Assembly (NCBI GenBank): GCA_009885955.1
Contig: VFJS01000003.1
Location: forward strand, 147,086-211,085
Origin: Spirochaetia bacterium
Lineage (GTDB): Bacteria; Spirochaetota; UBA4802; UBA5550
Length of the DNA stretch: 64,000 nt
Reading direction: 5' to 3'
Positions 8,577 to 18,751 of the stretch are shown here, piece after piece. Under the pieces are notes generated by a model that worked only from the letters and a program-made list of their open reading frames with translations, was not told where the DNA came from and made no database searches. Positions within the stretch are counted from its first letter, which is position 1. Each line of letters starts with the position of its first letter. The position numbers were made by a program, and so were the translations under genes.

Positions 8577-8981
8577 TCATTCTATCTTATCAATTAATTT
8601 TTTGATATTTTCCATAAATTTCATTAAATCAGAATAAGACCTGGTTAATTCGCCCTTTGAAAAAACTACAAAATCATCATAATCGCTTTTTGTTCTCAAG
8701 TCATAGGAATTATAAACTATTTCACCAATTTCGTGCGGGACAATGCCGGCCTTTACGAATTCCCTGTTGAACCAGCCGATCAGTTGAAGGTGCTTGGAGG
8801 TTTGGTAATTCTTTTTTAACGCAAACGCCGATAGCAAGTAATAGATACAGTAATATATCCGGTTTGCGGCTGTTTCCAGATAGCCAGTTTTTATTAAGAC
8901 ATCAATTTCAGATATAAGCGCGTCAGCTCTTTTTATGCGATGGGCAATTAAAATACTTTTATCTTCATCACTTAATGTCAT
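8577..8981 (-). CDS. HEPN-domain protein (toxin-like partner of the upstream nucleotidyltransferase)
   Basis: 134-aa all-helical protein. 4-nt ATGA overlap with the MNT gene, the classic HEPN/MNT arrangement. No canonical Rx4-6H motif was seen, so toxicity is uncertain. Confidence 0.6.
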   Translation of the reverse strand: MTLSDEDKSILIAHRIKRADALISEIDVLIKTGYLETAANRIYYCIYYLLSAFALKKNYQTSKHLQLIGWFNREFVKAGIVPHEIGEIVYNSYDLRTKSDYDDFVVFSKGELTRSYSDLMKFMENIKKLIDKIE

Positions 8982-9331
8982 ACGGTAATGCCGCTTTCAA
9001 TGGCCTTTTGAATAAAGGGTTGTTTTCCGCGAATTGTATTAAGCTGGGGTTTCGATATAATTTTTGCGTCAATTATAATATCGTATTTCAAGCTGATATC
9101 ATAACAAATTTTTTTTATATTCGATTCAATAGAAGAGTTAAAGTCTGATAATAATATGATAAGAATATCATAATCTGAATATTCACGGGCAGTTCCGTCA
9201 ATCCTGGATCCGAATAATAAAATATTATCCAGAATGTTTCCAAATGCTTTTAGTAATTCGTTTTTCAGGTCTATTAATAAAATATTATTATCCAATTTTT
9301 TGTTATCCTCGATGATGAATTTCTCTTGCAA
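8978..9331 (-). CDS. Minimal nucleotidyltransferase (MNT/MntA-like antitoxin)
   Basis: 'LLFGSRIDGTAREYSDYDILII' is the GS-x9-DxD polymerase-beta-type NTase motif. Confidence 0.75.
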   Translation of the reverse strand: MQEKFIIEDNKKLDNNILLIDLKNELLKAFGNILDNILLFGSRIDGTAREYSDYDILIILLSDFNSSIESNIKKICYDISLKYDIIIDAKIISKPQLNTIRGKQPFIQKAIESGITV

Positions 9332-9515
9332 TTCCTGTTTTATGCGCTTTCAGCGCCTTTTCGGCGATACTATCAAAGCGATGCTCCTTAATATCTTTTT
9401 CAATCTGCTTGTCCCACTCATCTGAATCATATTTTCTAAACCATTCCCTGAGAGTAGAAAGATCTTTCCGATCAAGCTTTATGATCTCTTGCTCCAATTT
9501 TTGAACTTTTGTCAT
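9303..9515 (-). CDS. Small hypothetical protein (possible addiction-module component)
   Basis: 70-aa charged helical ORF overlapping the MNT start by 29 nt. No motif recognised. Confidence 0.3.
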   Translation of the reverse strand: MTKVQKLEQEIIKLDRKDLSTLREWFRKYDSDEWDKQIEKDIKEHRFDSIAEKALKAHKTGIAREIHHRG

Positions 9516-9804
9516 TATTTTATAGTCTTAAAATTGAATAAATAAATGCTAAATATTAAATAATTATAGTTCAATAATATAAAATTAAAAAAAATACGTC
9601 AATTATTTTAAATGGTGTAAATTGGCAAAGTTCTCTGTTAATATTTAATGATATACAGTAGTTTATGCAAAAGGGTCAAGATTAGCGTCTGATAGGGAAT
9701 GCCTTCTTCCAGCGCTAATTTCCCTAGAACAGCCTGATTCCTGTCTGTAATATTTCTTTTGCAAAGGGATTTTCCCGGTTAAAGTCTTCAGGTAAAAAAA
9801 GGAA

Positions 9805-10200
9805 TTACTTCAAGTTCACTGCCCACTTCCGGATAAATACCGTTATATCCGCCTTGCCAATATCCCCTTTCGTTACTGATAAAACCATTTTCACAAGTTT
9901 ATCCTGTAACACGGTCATATCATATCCATTTGAGATAAGAAATACAAGTGCAGAGGCAACGGCGGTCCGTTTGTTTCCATCGACAAAAGGATGATTTTTA
10001 ACAATATGAAAGAGATATGCCGCAGCAATTTCAAAGAGGTCAGTGTGAAGGAATTCGCCGCCATAGGTGGCAATTGGAATTCCCAGTGCCGATTTAAGCA
10101 ATTCTATATTCCGGATGCCGGGTGAACCTCCATAGCGGGTGACCTGATCTCTATGGATTTCGAGAACTTCAGAAAGACTCAGGAAAGATATCTCTTTCAT
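9805..10200 (-). CDS. doc: Doc/Fic-family toxin (death-on-curing)
   Basis: Fic motif 'HPFVDGNKRTA' (HPFx[DE]GNKR). Confidence 0.85.
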   Translation of the reverse strand: MKEISFLSLSEVLEIHRDQVTRYGGSPGIRNIELLKSALGIPIATYGGEFLHTDLFEIAAAYLFHIVKNHPFVDGNKRTAVASALVFLISNGYDMTVLQDKLVKMVLSVTKGDIGKADITVFIRKWAVNLK

Positions 10201-10202
10201 CC

Positions 10203-10430
10203 CTATTGGGCCAGTTTTTTAAGGGCTCTGGCATATTTATTGTTAACCTTATCCAGGGCTGTTTTGAATGTGGCCTGCCGGTTTACGTCCCTTATTGGTG
10301 TGAGCACCAATGCCTGCCCGTCTGTCGTGACGTCAAAGGGGGTGTCTGCCTCAACCCCGAGAAGATCGAGAATCGGTTTTTCGATAACCAGCGCAAGGCT
10401 GTTCCCATGTTTTGTGAGTGTTTTTATCAT
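10203..10430 (-). CDS. AbrB/MazE/SpoVT-type antitoxin (Phd-like partner of Doc)
   Basis: 75 aa. 'HGNSLALVIEKPILDLLGVEADTPFDV' is a looped-hinge-helix swapped-hairpin motif. Its stop is 2 nt upstream of the doc start. Confidence 0.7.
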   Translation of the reverse strand: MIKTLTKHGNSLALVIEKPILDLLGVEADTPFDVTTDGQALVLTPIRDVNRQATFKTALDKVNNKYARALKKLAQ

Positions 10431-10560
10431 AATGAACCTCGCGCAATGTTAATACTATGTAGTTACAATGTATTAACAAAATATTTTTCTGTCAATATTT
10501 TCATTATTTTTCCTTGAAAAAAGTATTGCAAATCCCGGAAAAGATTATTTTTCAGATAAT

Positions 10561-10602
10561 GCTCCCACCCCCGGCCATCTCCCGGAACAGGTTGAGAGGT
10601 GG
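10561..10602. repeat. GC-rich palindromic repeat, module A copy 3 (degenerate)
   Basis: GCTCCCACCCCCGGCCATCTCCCGGAACAGG..GAGAGGTGG compared with module A. It lies 26 bp upstream of module B copy 2. Confidence 0.6.
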
Positions 10603-10628
10603 TTGTACATATAAGTTTTGTAATTGAA

Positions 10629-10733
10629 ACCCTCGCCCTACCGGGAGAGGCGACAGGCAGGAGGCCTTAGTGTCGAGCGCGGACAGGATGGCCGAAAAGC
10701 GCTCGACGAACGCGCGGAGCGCGGGTGAGGGCA
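10629..10733 (+). repeat. 105-bp structured GC-rich repeat, module B copy 2
   Basis: 1 mismatch relative to 2578-2682. It ends ~35 nt upstream of the SDR gene start. Confidence 0.85.
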
Positions 10734-10757
10734 ATGAGTTTAATTTAATTTTATTCC

Positions 10758-11486
10758 ATGCGAGGCAACATGAAAAAAGCAATAATCATCGGGGCAACAT
10801 CGGGCATCGGTTACGCCCTGGGCAAACTCCTCCTTGAAAAGGGGTTCCACGTTGGCATGTGCGGAAGGAGGACAGGGCTCCTCAATGATCTGAAGAAGGA
10901 ATATGGCGGCAGGCTGCATGTACAGAAGCTTGATCTATCGGATACTGCAAAGTCGATAAAAGGTGTTGCCGGCCTCATCAAAAAGATGGATGGCATGGAC
11001 CTTCTTGTCGTCAGCTCAGGCGTGGGGTTTCTCAATCATGAGATGGATCTGAAAAAGGAAATGGATACCATCAGCATAAATGTTGCCGGATTCACTGCCA
11101 TGGCAAATGCCGCTGTGAAATATTTTGAAAAGAAATGTTCCGGCCACATTGCAGCCATATCATCCATCGCCGCTGTCAGGGGAGGCTCTGAATCCCCGGC
11201 GTATAACGCGTCAAAGGCCTACATGTCCAGTTATATGGAAGGGCTGAGGCAGCGGATGTCCAGGAGGGGGGCTGAAATTTACGTGACCGACATCCAGCCG
11301 GGTTTTGTCAATACCGCCATGGCAAAGGGTGACGGGCTCTTCTGGGTGGCGCCGCCGGAAAAGGCTGCACGGCAGATATTCAGGGCAATACAAAAAAGGA
11401 AAACACATGTCTATATCACAAGGCGGTGGAGGCTCATCGCATGGCTCTTGAAAATAGCGCCGGCGTTTATCTATGACAGGTTTTGA
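10758..11486 (+). CDS. Short-chain dehydrogenase/reductase (SDR)
   Basis: 'IIGATSGIGYAL' (TGxxxGxG), 'NASKAYMSSY' (YxxxK). The likely true start is ATG at 10770 (MKKAIIIG), which has a GAGG RBS. Confidence 0.85.
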   Translation: MRGNMKKAIIIGATSGIGYALGKLLLEKGFHVGMCGRRTGLLNDLKKEYGGRLHVQKLDLSDTAKSIKGVAGLIKKMDGMDLLVVSSGVGFLNHEMDLKKEMDTISINVAGFTAMANAAVKYFEKKCSGHIAAISSIAAVRGGSESPAYNASKAYMSSYMEGLRQRMSRRGAEIYVTDIQPGFVNTAMAKGDGLFWVAPPEKAARQIFRAIQKRKTHVYITRRWRLIAWLLKIAPAFIYDRF

Positions 11487-11492
11487 GGGTTT

Positions 11493-12461
11493 TTACCAGA
11501 TGAGTTTTATCGGATCGATGATAATGCCGTGGTGCATGATAATGAAATGGAGATGGGGGCCCGTGGACCGTCCGGTGGACCCTATGGTGCCTATCTGGCT
11601 CTCCTTTGTGACCCATTCGCCCTTATAGGTATTGATGGTGGCGCAGTGCCCGTAAACCGTTGTGTAGCCGTCATGGTGCTGTATGATGATTGTCCTGCCG
11701 AGGCCGTCGCGCCACCCCGTGAACATTACCATCCCCTCCCTGGCCGGTTTGACGGGCTCTCCGTACCTTGCCATGATGTCGATGCCGTCATGGAAATCGA
11801 TTCCCTGGTTGAAGGGATCTACCCTGTTCCCGTAGAGTGATGAAAAATTCCCTTCTATGGGTGACTGGAAAACCTTTCTGAAATTATAAAGCCTGGCAAT
11901 GTATTCATTCAGAATCGCGGGCTTCGCGTGTTTAAAGAAGACCAGCCGTATGTCGTCGGTGGATATGAGCCTGAAAACAGTGGGGAGGTATTTTCCCTTA
12001 ACTTCCCCGGTATAGCCGAGGAGCTTTTTCATCCGTATGACATCGATGAAGGTGTTAAAGGGCATTAAAACGCCGTCTTCCAGGGGGATGACAATCTCCT
12101 TTCCCTCTTCCGCCGCCAGCGTTGTTATAAAGGGATTTGCCGCAATGAGCGTGTCCAGGGATATGTTATAGGTCTTTGTTATATCCCAGTAGGATTCGCC
12201 GTTTTTCATCTCATGGATGTTCAGCATCACCCCCGGATTTCCGGGATAATGCCTGATAAGATGTATATAGTCCTTTTCCGATGAAAATACAGGGTATCCG
12301 TTTACCAGGGTGTATGCGTTTTTATCAACCCTGATCTTATCCTTGATGAAGGCTGCTATGATGTTCCCTGAAATGATTATGACAAGCAGGGCAAGGCCTG
12401 CGGCTTTTGCGTAATAGGTAAATGTTCTGATCTGGTAATGTGTAATCCGCAAAGGCATTTC
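11493..12461 (-). CDS. M23 family metallopeptidase with N-terminal TM and LysM-like region
   Basis: 'HDGIDI...GYTTVYGH...GSTGRSTGPHLHF' (HxxxD, HxH). I chose the second ATG (12461) as the start to avoid a 47-nt overlap with proC; the longest ORF would start at 12512. Confidence 0.8.
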   Translation of the reverse strand, partial: EMPLRITHYQIRTFTYYAKAAGLALLVIIISGNIIAAFIKDKIRVDKNAYTLVNGYPVFSSEKDYIHLIRHYPGNPGVMLNIHEMKNGESYWDITKTYNISLDTLIAANPFITTLAAEEGKEIVIPLEDGVLMPFNTFIDVIRMKKLLGYTGEVKGKYLPTVFRLISTDDIRLVFFKHAKPAILNEYIARLYNFRKVFQSPIEGNFSSLYGNRVDPFNQGIDFHDGIDIMARYGEPVKPAREGMVMFTGWRDGLGRTIIIQHHDGYTTVYGHCATINTYKGEWVTKESQIGTIGSTGRSTGPHLHFIIMHHGIIIDPIKLIW

Positions 12462-12465
12462 TGTA

Positions 12466-13275
12466 TCATGCTCCAAGCTTTTTTGATTTAAGGGCCGCGG
12501 CTTCAACGGCATCCATGACGATACCTGAAAATCCGCCGTTTTCTAATATGTGAAGTCCCTCGATTGTGGTCCCCCCGGGCGATGCCACCCTGTTCCTGAG
12601 TGTAAAGGGTTCTTCACCGTTTTCCATGAGCATCCTGGCTGACCCGAGAACCGTCTGTGCAGCCAGAATCACGGCCTTGTCCCTCGGAATCCCCATTTTG
12701 ACCCCGCCGTCAGCCAGGGCCTGGATAAAGGTGAAGACAAATGCCGGACCGCTTCCCGAAAGCCCGGTTACCGCATCCATCAGGTCTTCGGATAAAACCA
12801 TCACCTTACCTGTTAGGGAAAAAATCTCCATGGCCATTTCCAGAGATATTTCATCGGCATTGGCGCCCGCTGACAGAACTGTCATCCCCTCTCCAATGAG
12901 AGCAGGGGTATTCGGCATGGCCCTGATAACCTTTTTATCCCGGCCAAGTTTTTTTTCTATTTTTTCTATACTTATACCCGCAGCAATGGATATTATGACT
13001 TTTTCAATCTTAAAATTCCCAAATTGGTCAAGGACAGGATCCATATCCTTCGGCTTAACGGCAATGATTATGATATCAGAGGCATGAACAAGTTCTTCAA
13101 CAGATTGAACGCTTTTTATGCCTGTCTTTTCCTTAAGTTCACCAGTTTTCAGTTTATCACTATCAACCACTTCTATGTTGTCAACTAAAATTTTACCTGC
13201 AAGGCGGCTTAAAATAGCCCCACCCATGTTCCCGGCCCCGATGCACCCGATTTTTTTGTTTAATAAAAGACTCAT
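12466..13275 (-). CDS. proC: Pyrroline-5-carboxylate reductase
   Basis: 'KIGCIGAGNMGGAILSRL' Rossmann motif, ProC-like length and C-terminal dimerisation region. Confidence 0.9.
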   Translation of the reverse strand: MSLLLNKKIGCIGAGNMGGAILSRLAGKILVDNIEVVDSDKLKTGELKEKTGIKSVQSVEELVHASDIIIIAVKPKDMDPVLDQFGNFKIEKVIISIAAGISIEKIEKKLGRDKKVIRAMPNTPALIGEGMTVLSAGANADEISLEMAMEIFSLTGKVMVLSEDLMDAVTGLSGSGPAFVFTFIQALADGGVKMGIPRDKAVILAAQTVLGSARMLMENGEEPFTLRNRVASPGGTTIEGLHILENGGFSGIVMDAVEAAALKSKKLGA

Positions 13276-13994
13276 GTATTATTCCTTTCGCCGAAAATGG
13301 CAGTCCCTATCCTGATCATGGTTGCCCCTTCTTCAATTGCCAGGATATAATCAGAGGACATGCCCATTGACAGTTCCCTGAGATTTGCACCCAGTTTTGC
13401 GTTCAGATTGAGCAATAATTCCCTGGTCAGCCTGAAGGATCTCCTGATTTCCCTGGAATCTTCAGTGAGGGGGCCCATGGTCATAAGGCCCAGTACCTCA
13501 ATATTCCTCATATCGGTCAATTTTTGCATAATATTCAGGCAATTTACAGGGTCTGCGCCGCTTTTTGAGGCTTCCCCGGAGGAATTCACCTGTAACAGTA
13601 CCTTCTGAATTTTACCTGCTTTTTCAGCTTCATGGTTTACCTTCTCCGCGGTCTCTGTTTTATCAATGGAATGGATAAGGTCAAAGAGCCTCACGGCCTC
13701 CCTGGCCTTGTTGGACTGGAGGTGGCCGATCATGTGGAGGATTATGTTTCCCCTGAGCATGGGGGCTTTTCTTTGTGCCTCCTGGATCCGGTTTTCACCG
13801 AAAAGGGTTATGCCCGAGTCAATGGCTTCCTGGATTACCTCGGACGGAAAGTTTTTGCTTACAGCTACTATTTTAATGCTGCCGGGGTCTCTTGAAGATG
13901 AGATTGCAGCTTTCGATACATTTTCCCATATGGTATTATAGTTGTCAATAATTGTCATTTGTGTTGATATCCCGGAATTATAAATATAATTCAT
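13272..13994 (-). CDS. yggS: YggS-family pyridoxal-phosphate homeostasis protein (PLPBP)
   Basis: 'VAVSKNFP...LFGENRIQE...HMIGHLQSNKAR...LGLMTMGP...LSMGMSSDY' are typical of YggS. 4-nt overlap with proC (yggS-proC is a common pair). Confidence 0.85.
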   Translation of the reverse strand: MNYIYNSGISTQMTIIDNYNTIWENVSKAAISSSRDPGSIKIVAVSKNFPSEVIQEAIDSGITLFGENRIQEAQRKAPMLRGNIILHMIGHLQSNKAREAVRLFDLIHSIDKTETAEKVNHEAEKAGKIQKVLLQVNSSGEASKSGADPVNCLNIMQKLTDMRNIEVLGLMTMGPLTEDSREIRRSFRLTRELLLNLNAKLGANLRELSMGMSSDYILAIEEGATMIRIGTAIFGERNNT

Positions 13995-14315
13995 GATAAA
14001 AATGATTTGTCAAGCAACTTATCATGCAGTCTGATAAGTGAGCCGGGCCGATACAGATGGGAGATCTCTTTTGATTGCGTGAAACATGCCATGAATCTGG
14101 TTCTCTGTTGACTGGAGTGGAATGCATCATGTTCTGCACAAGGCGTGAATTTCCATTCATAATGAAAAAATTTTTGACATTGTGCATAAGCTTGTTATTT
14201 TATAAGGGTACAGGTGATGTCAAGGCACCTCGAAAATTTTAATTCTGCAGTGAAAAGGGATTGTAGAATATTTCAAAATGTAAAGTCCCTTTAGTGTATA
14301 TGCCGGGGAGGGTTT

Positions 14316-15620
14316 ATGTCAGAAAAGGTTATCAATAAAGGGGTCAGGGTAGTAATGGCAGGAACCGGGATAAATCTGGCCCTCGGCGTACTTTACACAT
14401 GGAGTATTTTCAAGGGGGCGATAAAGGAATCGATTCAGGCCGGCGGGCCCGATGCCTTTCAATGGGAGCTGTCATCGCTGAACGATCCCTATGCTGTCTG
14501 CTGCATTGTTTTTGCATGTATGATGATTGCTGCAGGGCGTATCCAGGACCGCTTCGGGCCGCGGGTCACGGCTTTCATCGGCGGAGTGCTGGTGGGTATC
14601 GGATTTTTATGGATCTCGCAGACCACCGGTTACCTGAGCTGGGTATTCGGGTTCGGGGTGCTGGCTGGAACAGGAATTGCCTTTGGTTATTCCACTGCCA
14701 CGCCGGCTGCGCTCAAGTGGTTCCATCCGGGAAAAACAGGCATGATCAGCGGCATCGTTGTTGCCGGTTTCGGCCTTGCGTCTGTATACATCGCGCCGCT
14801 GGCTCAATATCTGCTTACGACACGCGGCATTCATGAATCAATGCAGATCTTCGGGATAGCTTTTTTCCTGATCGTGAGTCTGTTTGCTATTTTTCTGAAA
14901 AACCCGCCCGGAGGTTATTGCGCGCCTGGAGACTTTGCGTGCCGGAGGGATTCCGGGAATGATGACAGAAGAAAAAAATTTCAGGATGTAACTGCTCATC
15001 CCGCGGATCTATTCAAGGAACCTTTTTTCTGGATGCTCTGGATACTGTATTTTATCGGCGCAGGCGCAGGTCTCATGGTCATCGGCAGCGTGGCAGGCAT
15101 GGCCAGGGCGAGCATGGGACAGAACGCCTTCATTGCCGTGGCCATTCTTGCTGTCGGCAATGCCGGCGGGCGGATTGCCGCGGGCATGCTCTCTGACAGG
15201 ATCGGGAGAAAGCAGACGCTCCTGGCAATATTCCTGTTTCAGGGCCTGCTCATGTTTGCGGCGATTCCCATTACCGGGTCAGCGCAGACCGAGCCGCTTA
15301 TCCTGATTGTGGTTGCAACTCTCATCGGCTTCAACTACGGCGCGAACCTGGCTCTCTTTCCTTCCTTTACCAAGGACCACTGGGGCATGAGGCACTTCGG
15401 TGTTAACTACGGAGTCCTTTTCACCGCCTGGGGTTTCGGCGGGCTGATCATGGGGAGGGTGTCGGAGTCGCTCTATGCCGGGAGCGCCTCTTTCACCACA
15501 TCGTTTATAAGCGCGGGTGTGCTTTTGATGATTGGGTCTGTCATCATCATATTCATGCACGATAAGAAGGAAAAAATGCGTATCGAAATACGGAACCTGT
15601 CAGCGAAGACCGGAGTTTAG
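14316..15620 (+). CDS. MFS transporter, oxalate/formate antiporter (OFA) family-like
   Basis: 12 predicted TM helices. N-terminus 'GVRVVMAGTGINLALGVLYTWSIFK' is typical of the OFA family. Confidence 0.8.
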   Translation: MSEKVINKGVRVVMAGTGINLALGVLYTWSIFKGAIKESIQAGGPDAFQWELSSLNDPYAVCCIVFACMMIAAGRIQDRFGPRVTAFIGGVLVGIGFLWISQTTGYLSWVFGFGVLAGTGIAFGYSTATPAALKWFHPGKTGMISGIVVAGFGLASVYIAPLAQYLLTTRGIHESMQIFGIAFFLIVSLFAIFLKNPPGGYCAPGDFACRRDSGNDDRRKKFQDVTAHPADLFKEPFFWMLWILYFIGAGAGLMVIGSVAGMARASMGQNAFIAVAILAVGNAGGRIAAGMLSDRIGRKQTLLAIFLFQGLLMFAAIPITGSAQTEPLILIVVATLIGFNYGANLALFPSFTKDHWGMRHFGVNYGVLFTAWGFGGLIMGRVSESLYAGSASFTTSFISAGVLLMIGSVIIIFMHDKKEKMRIEIRNLSAKTGV

Positions 15621-15688
15621 GAATATTTTCTTTTAACTGCATGTTTTTTCGTATTTATACATCAAATAATCAAAAACTTAATAAAAAT

Positions 15689-15717
15689 TTGACATAATGG
15701 GAAACATTGGGTATATT
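15689..15717 (+). promoter_or_regulatory. Sigma70-type promoter of dnaK (TTGACA-17-TATATT)
   Basis: TTGACA at 15689-15694 and TATATT at 15712-15717, with exactly 17 bp spacing. Confidence 0.7.
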
Positions 15718-15718
15718 A

Positions 15719-15745
15719 TTAGCACTCATATGTAGTGAGTGCTAA
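15719..15745 (+). promoter_or_regulatory. CIRCE operator (HrcA binding site)
   Basis: TTAGCACTC-N9-GAGTGCTAA perfect inverted repeat, placed directly after the -10 and ~110 nt upstream of dnaK. Confidence 0.9.
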
Positions 15746-15855
15746 TAATATTGAAAATTGAATTATGGAAGCAATTTTCCATTAAAAGATATTACAGATG
15801 AACAATAATATCTGGTAAATTGCTGATAAACATTTTGAAAATAGAGGTGAATAAA

Positions 15856-17787
15856 ATGAGCAAAATAATAGGTATAGATCTGGGAACAACAAATTCCGTT
15901 GTGTCCATCATGGAAGGCGGAGATGCAAAGGTGATTCAGAACTCCGAGGGGCAGAGGACTACCCCATCAATAGTTGCCTTTACGAATAACGGCGAAAAAC
16001 TTGTGGGACAGGTGGCAAAAAATCAGACAATAACAAATCCTGAAAATACCATACGCTCCATTAAGAGGTTCATGGGGAGGAGGTTTGATGAAATCTCCAA
16101 TGAATCCAGGATGGTGCCGTATAAAATATCCGATGACGGAAAGGGCGGCATAAAGGTTGTCACGGCATCAGGAGATTTTACACCGCCGGAGATTTCGGCA
16201 AGGATCCTCCAGAAGATGAAGGAGACCGCCGAAGATTACCTGGGTGAACCGGTTAAAAAGGCGATCATAACAGTACCTGCATATTTTAATGACCAGCAGA
16301 GGCAGGCAACAAAGGACGCCGGAAGGATCGCCGGCCTTGAGGTTGAAAGGATTATTAATGAGCCCACTGCCGCAGCCCTTGCCTACGGGCTTGATAAAAA
16401 AATGGATAACTTTAAAGTGGCCATTTATGACCTGGGCGGCGGGACATTTGATGTATCGATCCTTGAGCTTGGAGGCGGGGTTTTCGAGGTAAAATCGACA
16501 AACGGCAATACCCATCTCGGCGGGGATGATTTTGACCAGAGGATTATAGAATACCTGGCAGCAGAGTTTAAGAAGCAGACCGGGATTGATGTGACCAGTG
16601 ACAAGATGGCCCTCCAGAGGCTGCAGGAGGCAGCGGAAAAGGCAAAGATTGAGCTCTCAAGCAAGATGCAGACCGATATAAATATCCCTTTCCTGACAGC
16701 AGACCAGGGCGGGCCCAAACATATGCTTCTTACCATGACAAGGTCTAAACTGGAGCAGCTCATCAGGGATCTTGTGGATTCAACCAGGGAGCAATGCCTG
16801 CACGCCCTTGAGGATGCGGGGCTCAACCCCGCCGAGATTGACGAGGTCATTCTTGTGGGCGGTTCAACAAGGATGCCGGCTGTCCAGGAGATTGTAAAAA
16901 GCATTTTTGGAAGGGAGCCGGGGAAAAACGTAAACCCTGATGAGGTTGTTGCGATTGGCGCGGCAATACAGGGTGGGGTACTTTCCGGAGATGTACATGA
17001 CGTGCTTCTCCTCGATGTAACCCCGCTGTCACTGGGGATAGAGACCATGGGCGGGGTAATGACAAAGCTCATAGACAGGAACACAACCATCCCTACAAGG
17101 AAGAGCCAGGTCTTCTCCACGGCAGAGGACAATCAGCCTGCTGTTTCCATACATGTGCTGCAGGGTGAAAGGGAGATGGCCCGGGACAACAGGACACTCG
17201 GGAGGTTCGAACTTGTTGGAATACCTCCGGCGCCCAGGGGCCTGCCGAAAATCGAGGTAACCTTTGACATTGATGCAAACGGCATAGTCCATGTATCGGC
17301 CAGGGACCAGGGTACAGGAATAGAACAAAAGATAAGAATAGAGTCCTCAAGCGGGCTGTCGGAAGATGAAATCAAGAGGATGGTCAGGGAGGCCGAGGCG
17401 AATGCAGGGGAAGACATAAAGGCCAGGGAGCTGGTGGAGGCCAGGAACGAAGGCGACAGCCTGGCATATGCCGGAGAAAAGATGCTGAAGGAAAATAACG
17501 GCGCAATAGGTCAGGCCGAGAGGCTCAGCATTGAAGAGAAAACGGGTAGGCTCAGAAGGGCCATGGAGGCAAACGATATAGATGCCATTCGGAGCGCTAA
17601 ATCAGAGCTTGAAAAGGTACTCCATGAATATGCCGGCAGGGCAGGCCATGCTTCACAGGCAGGAAACGGCCAGGAAGGGGCTGCGGGGAACGGCAGCTTT
17701 AGTGAAGGAGGAAAAAACCCGGGCGACGGAAAGGTCTATGATGCCGAGTATGAGGTGGTTGACGAGGATCAGAAAAAAGCCAGTTAA
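15856..17787 (+). CDS. dnaK: Molecular chaperone DnaK (Hsp70)
   Basis: '[11 protein letters not shown]', 'DLGGGTFD', '[11 protein letters not shown]'. Start chosen at ATG 15856, preceded by a GAGGTG RBS; the ORF track extends to 15820. Confidence 0.95.
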   Translation: MSKIIGIDLGTTNSVVSIMEGGDAKVIQNSEGQRTTPSIVAFTNNGEKLVGQVAKNQTITNPENTIRSIKRFMGRRFDEISNESRMVPYKISDDGKGGIKVVTASGDFTPPEISARILQKMKETAEDYLGEPVKKAIITVPAYFNDQQRQATKDAGRIAGLEVERIINEPTAAALAYGLDKKMDNFKVAIYDLGGGTFDVSILELGGGVFEVKSTNGNTHLGGDDFDQRIIEYLAAEFKKQTGIDVTSDKMALQRLQEAAEKAKIELSSKMQTDINIPFLTADQGGPKHMLLTMTRSKLEQLIRDLVDSTREQCLHALEDAGLNPAEIDEVILVGGSTRMPAVQEIVKSIFGREPGKNVNPDEVVAIGAAIQGGVLSGDVHDVLLLDVTPLSLGIETMGGVMTKLIDRNTTIPTRKSQVFSTAEDNQPAVSIHVLQGEREMARDNRTLGRFELVGIPPAPRGLPKIEVTFDIDANGIVHVSARDQGTGIEQKIRIESSSGLSEDEIKRMVREAEANAGEDIKARELVEARNEGDSLAYAGEKMLKENNGAIGQAERLSIEEKTGRLRRAMEANDIDAIRSAKSELEKVLHEYAGRAGHASQAGNGQEGAAGNGSFSEGGKNPGDGKVYDAEYEVVDEDQKKAS

Positions 17788-17803
17788 TAATTACCATACA
17801 TTC

Positions 17804-17830
17804 CGGGCCGCATACGCAACGTGCGGCCCG
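17804..17830. terminator. Hairpin between convergent dnaK and downstream gene (possible bidirectional terminator)
   Basis: CCGGGCCGCATACGCAACGTGCGGCCCG, a 9-bp GC stem, but with a weak U-tract. Confidence 0.4.
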
Positions 17831-17845
17831 TGAATATAAACCCTC

Positions 17846-18415
17846 CTATTTATGGAATCTCCCCTTGTCCCACACATACTGAACTTCCGAGTTTTTATCA
17901 TTTCTGCATATGATATTCATACCGACTTTGGGCAGGTTACAGAAGATCATACCTCTGATTACAGCATCGGGCCCCTGGAAATCGGATGGGGAAATACCGG
18001 GAAATACCGATTTGGTAACATCGGTAAATGCATTATTCCTGAATTCAAAAAAACGGATGTGATCCATGTAACATGAGCCCTGCCCGCATGTCATGCTGTT
18101 GACGCCGATGATATCCGGTTTGCCCGGCTCAGTCCACAATGCAATCTCCAGGGCGCTGCCGCCGCTCAAGCCCGGGCATTTAAAGTATAAATAGCCATTG
18201 GCCCTGTCAATATCGACAAAGCCGCATTGTCCTTCAGCCGCAGGTTTCCGGTTCAGCGCAGTCTTTCTTGAATCAACACTCCAGTTTAGAGCCTCTTCCG
18301 GAAGGAGCAAAAAGTAGTCCACCACGTCTTTTTTCCGGTTCTGCGCCGTTCCTGTAAGGGAAATGAGCAGTATTAAAACAACAAGTGATTTTTTTGATTT
18401 CATATGCAGGCACAC
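17846..18415 (-). CDS. Secreted hypothetical protein (signal peptide)
   Basis: N-terminal 'MKSKKSLVVLILLISLTGTAQN' signal peptide. No recognised domain. Confidence 0.5.
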   Translation of the reverse strand: MCLHMKSKKSLVVLILLISLTGTAQNRKKDVVDYFLLLPEEALNWSVDSRKTALNRKPAAEGQCGFVDIDRANGYLYFKCPGLSGGSALEIALWTEPGKPDIIGVNSMTCGQGSCYMDHIRFFEFRNNAFTDVTKSVFPGISPSDFQGPDAVIRGMIFCNLPKVGMNIICRNDKNSEVQYVWDKGRFHK

Positions 18416-18751
18416 CTAGTCAATGAATGTATTAGTAATCCTTTTTTACTCTAAAAGATATTTTATTGCAAGTCAATGATTTTTTGAATTTTTTTAATTC
18501 AGAAGATTTACCACGAAAGGCACGAACAACACGAAAGGAAAAATTTTTTTATTTCATGTTTTTCGTGGTTCTATTTTTTTATTGATAAATATATTTAATG
18601 TGCCCGGGGAAGAGTTTAGAATGTCAAATTTCTGATATGGTGGAGCGGAAAATCCCGTCATATTAATATCTTGACTATACTCTATTGCGAAATTTAATGT
18701 CAAATCAAATGGGAAATCCTGATTAATCCGGGATTCACCTGAAAGCGCTAT

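Noticed and set aside
9640-9800. Possible gene remnant in the AT-rich spacer upstream of doc
   Set aside because: One frame lacks stops for ~37 codons, but there is no start codon, motif or homologue, so it cannot be distinguished from chance.
18420-18751. FMN riboswitch expected upstream of ribBA
   Set aside because: No conserved RFN-element blocks (such as GGGCGGGGTGAAATTCCC or CCGACGGTA) were found by eye. Only a plausible promoter and short hairpins are present.
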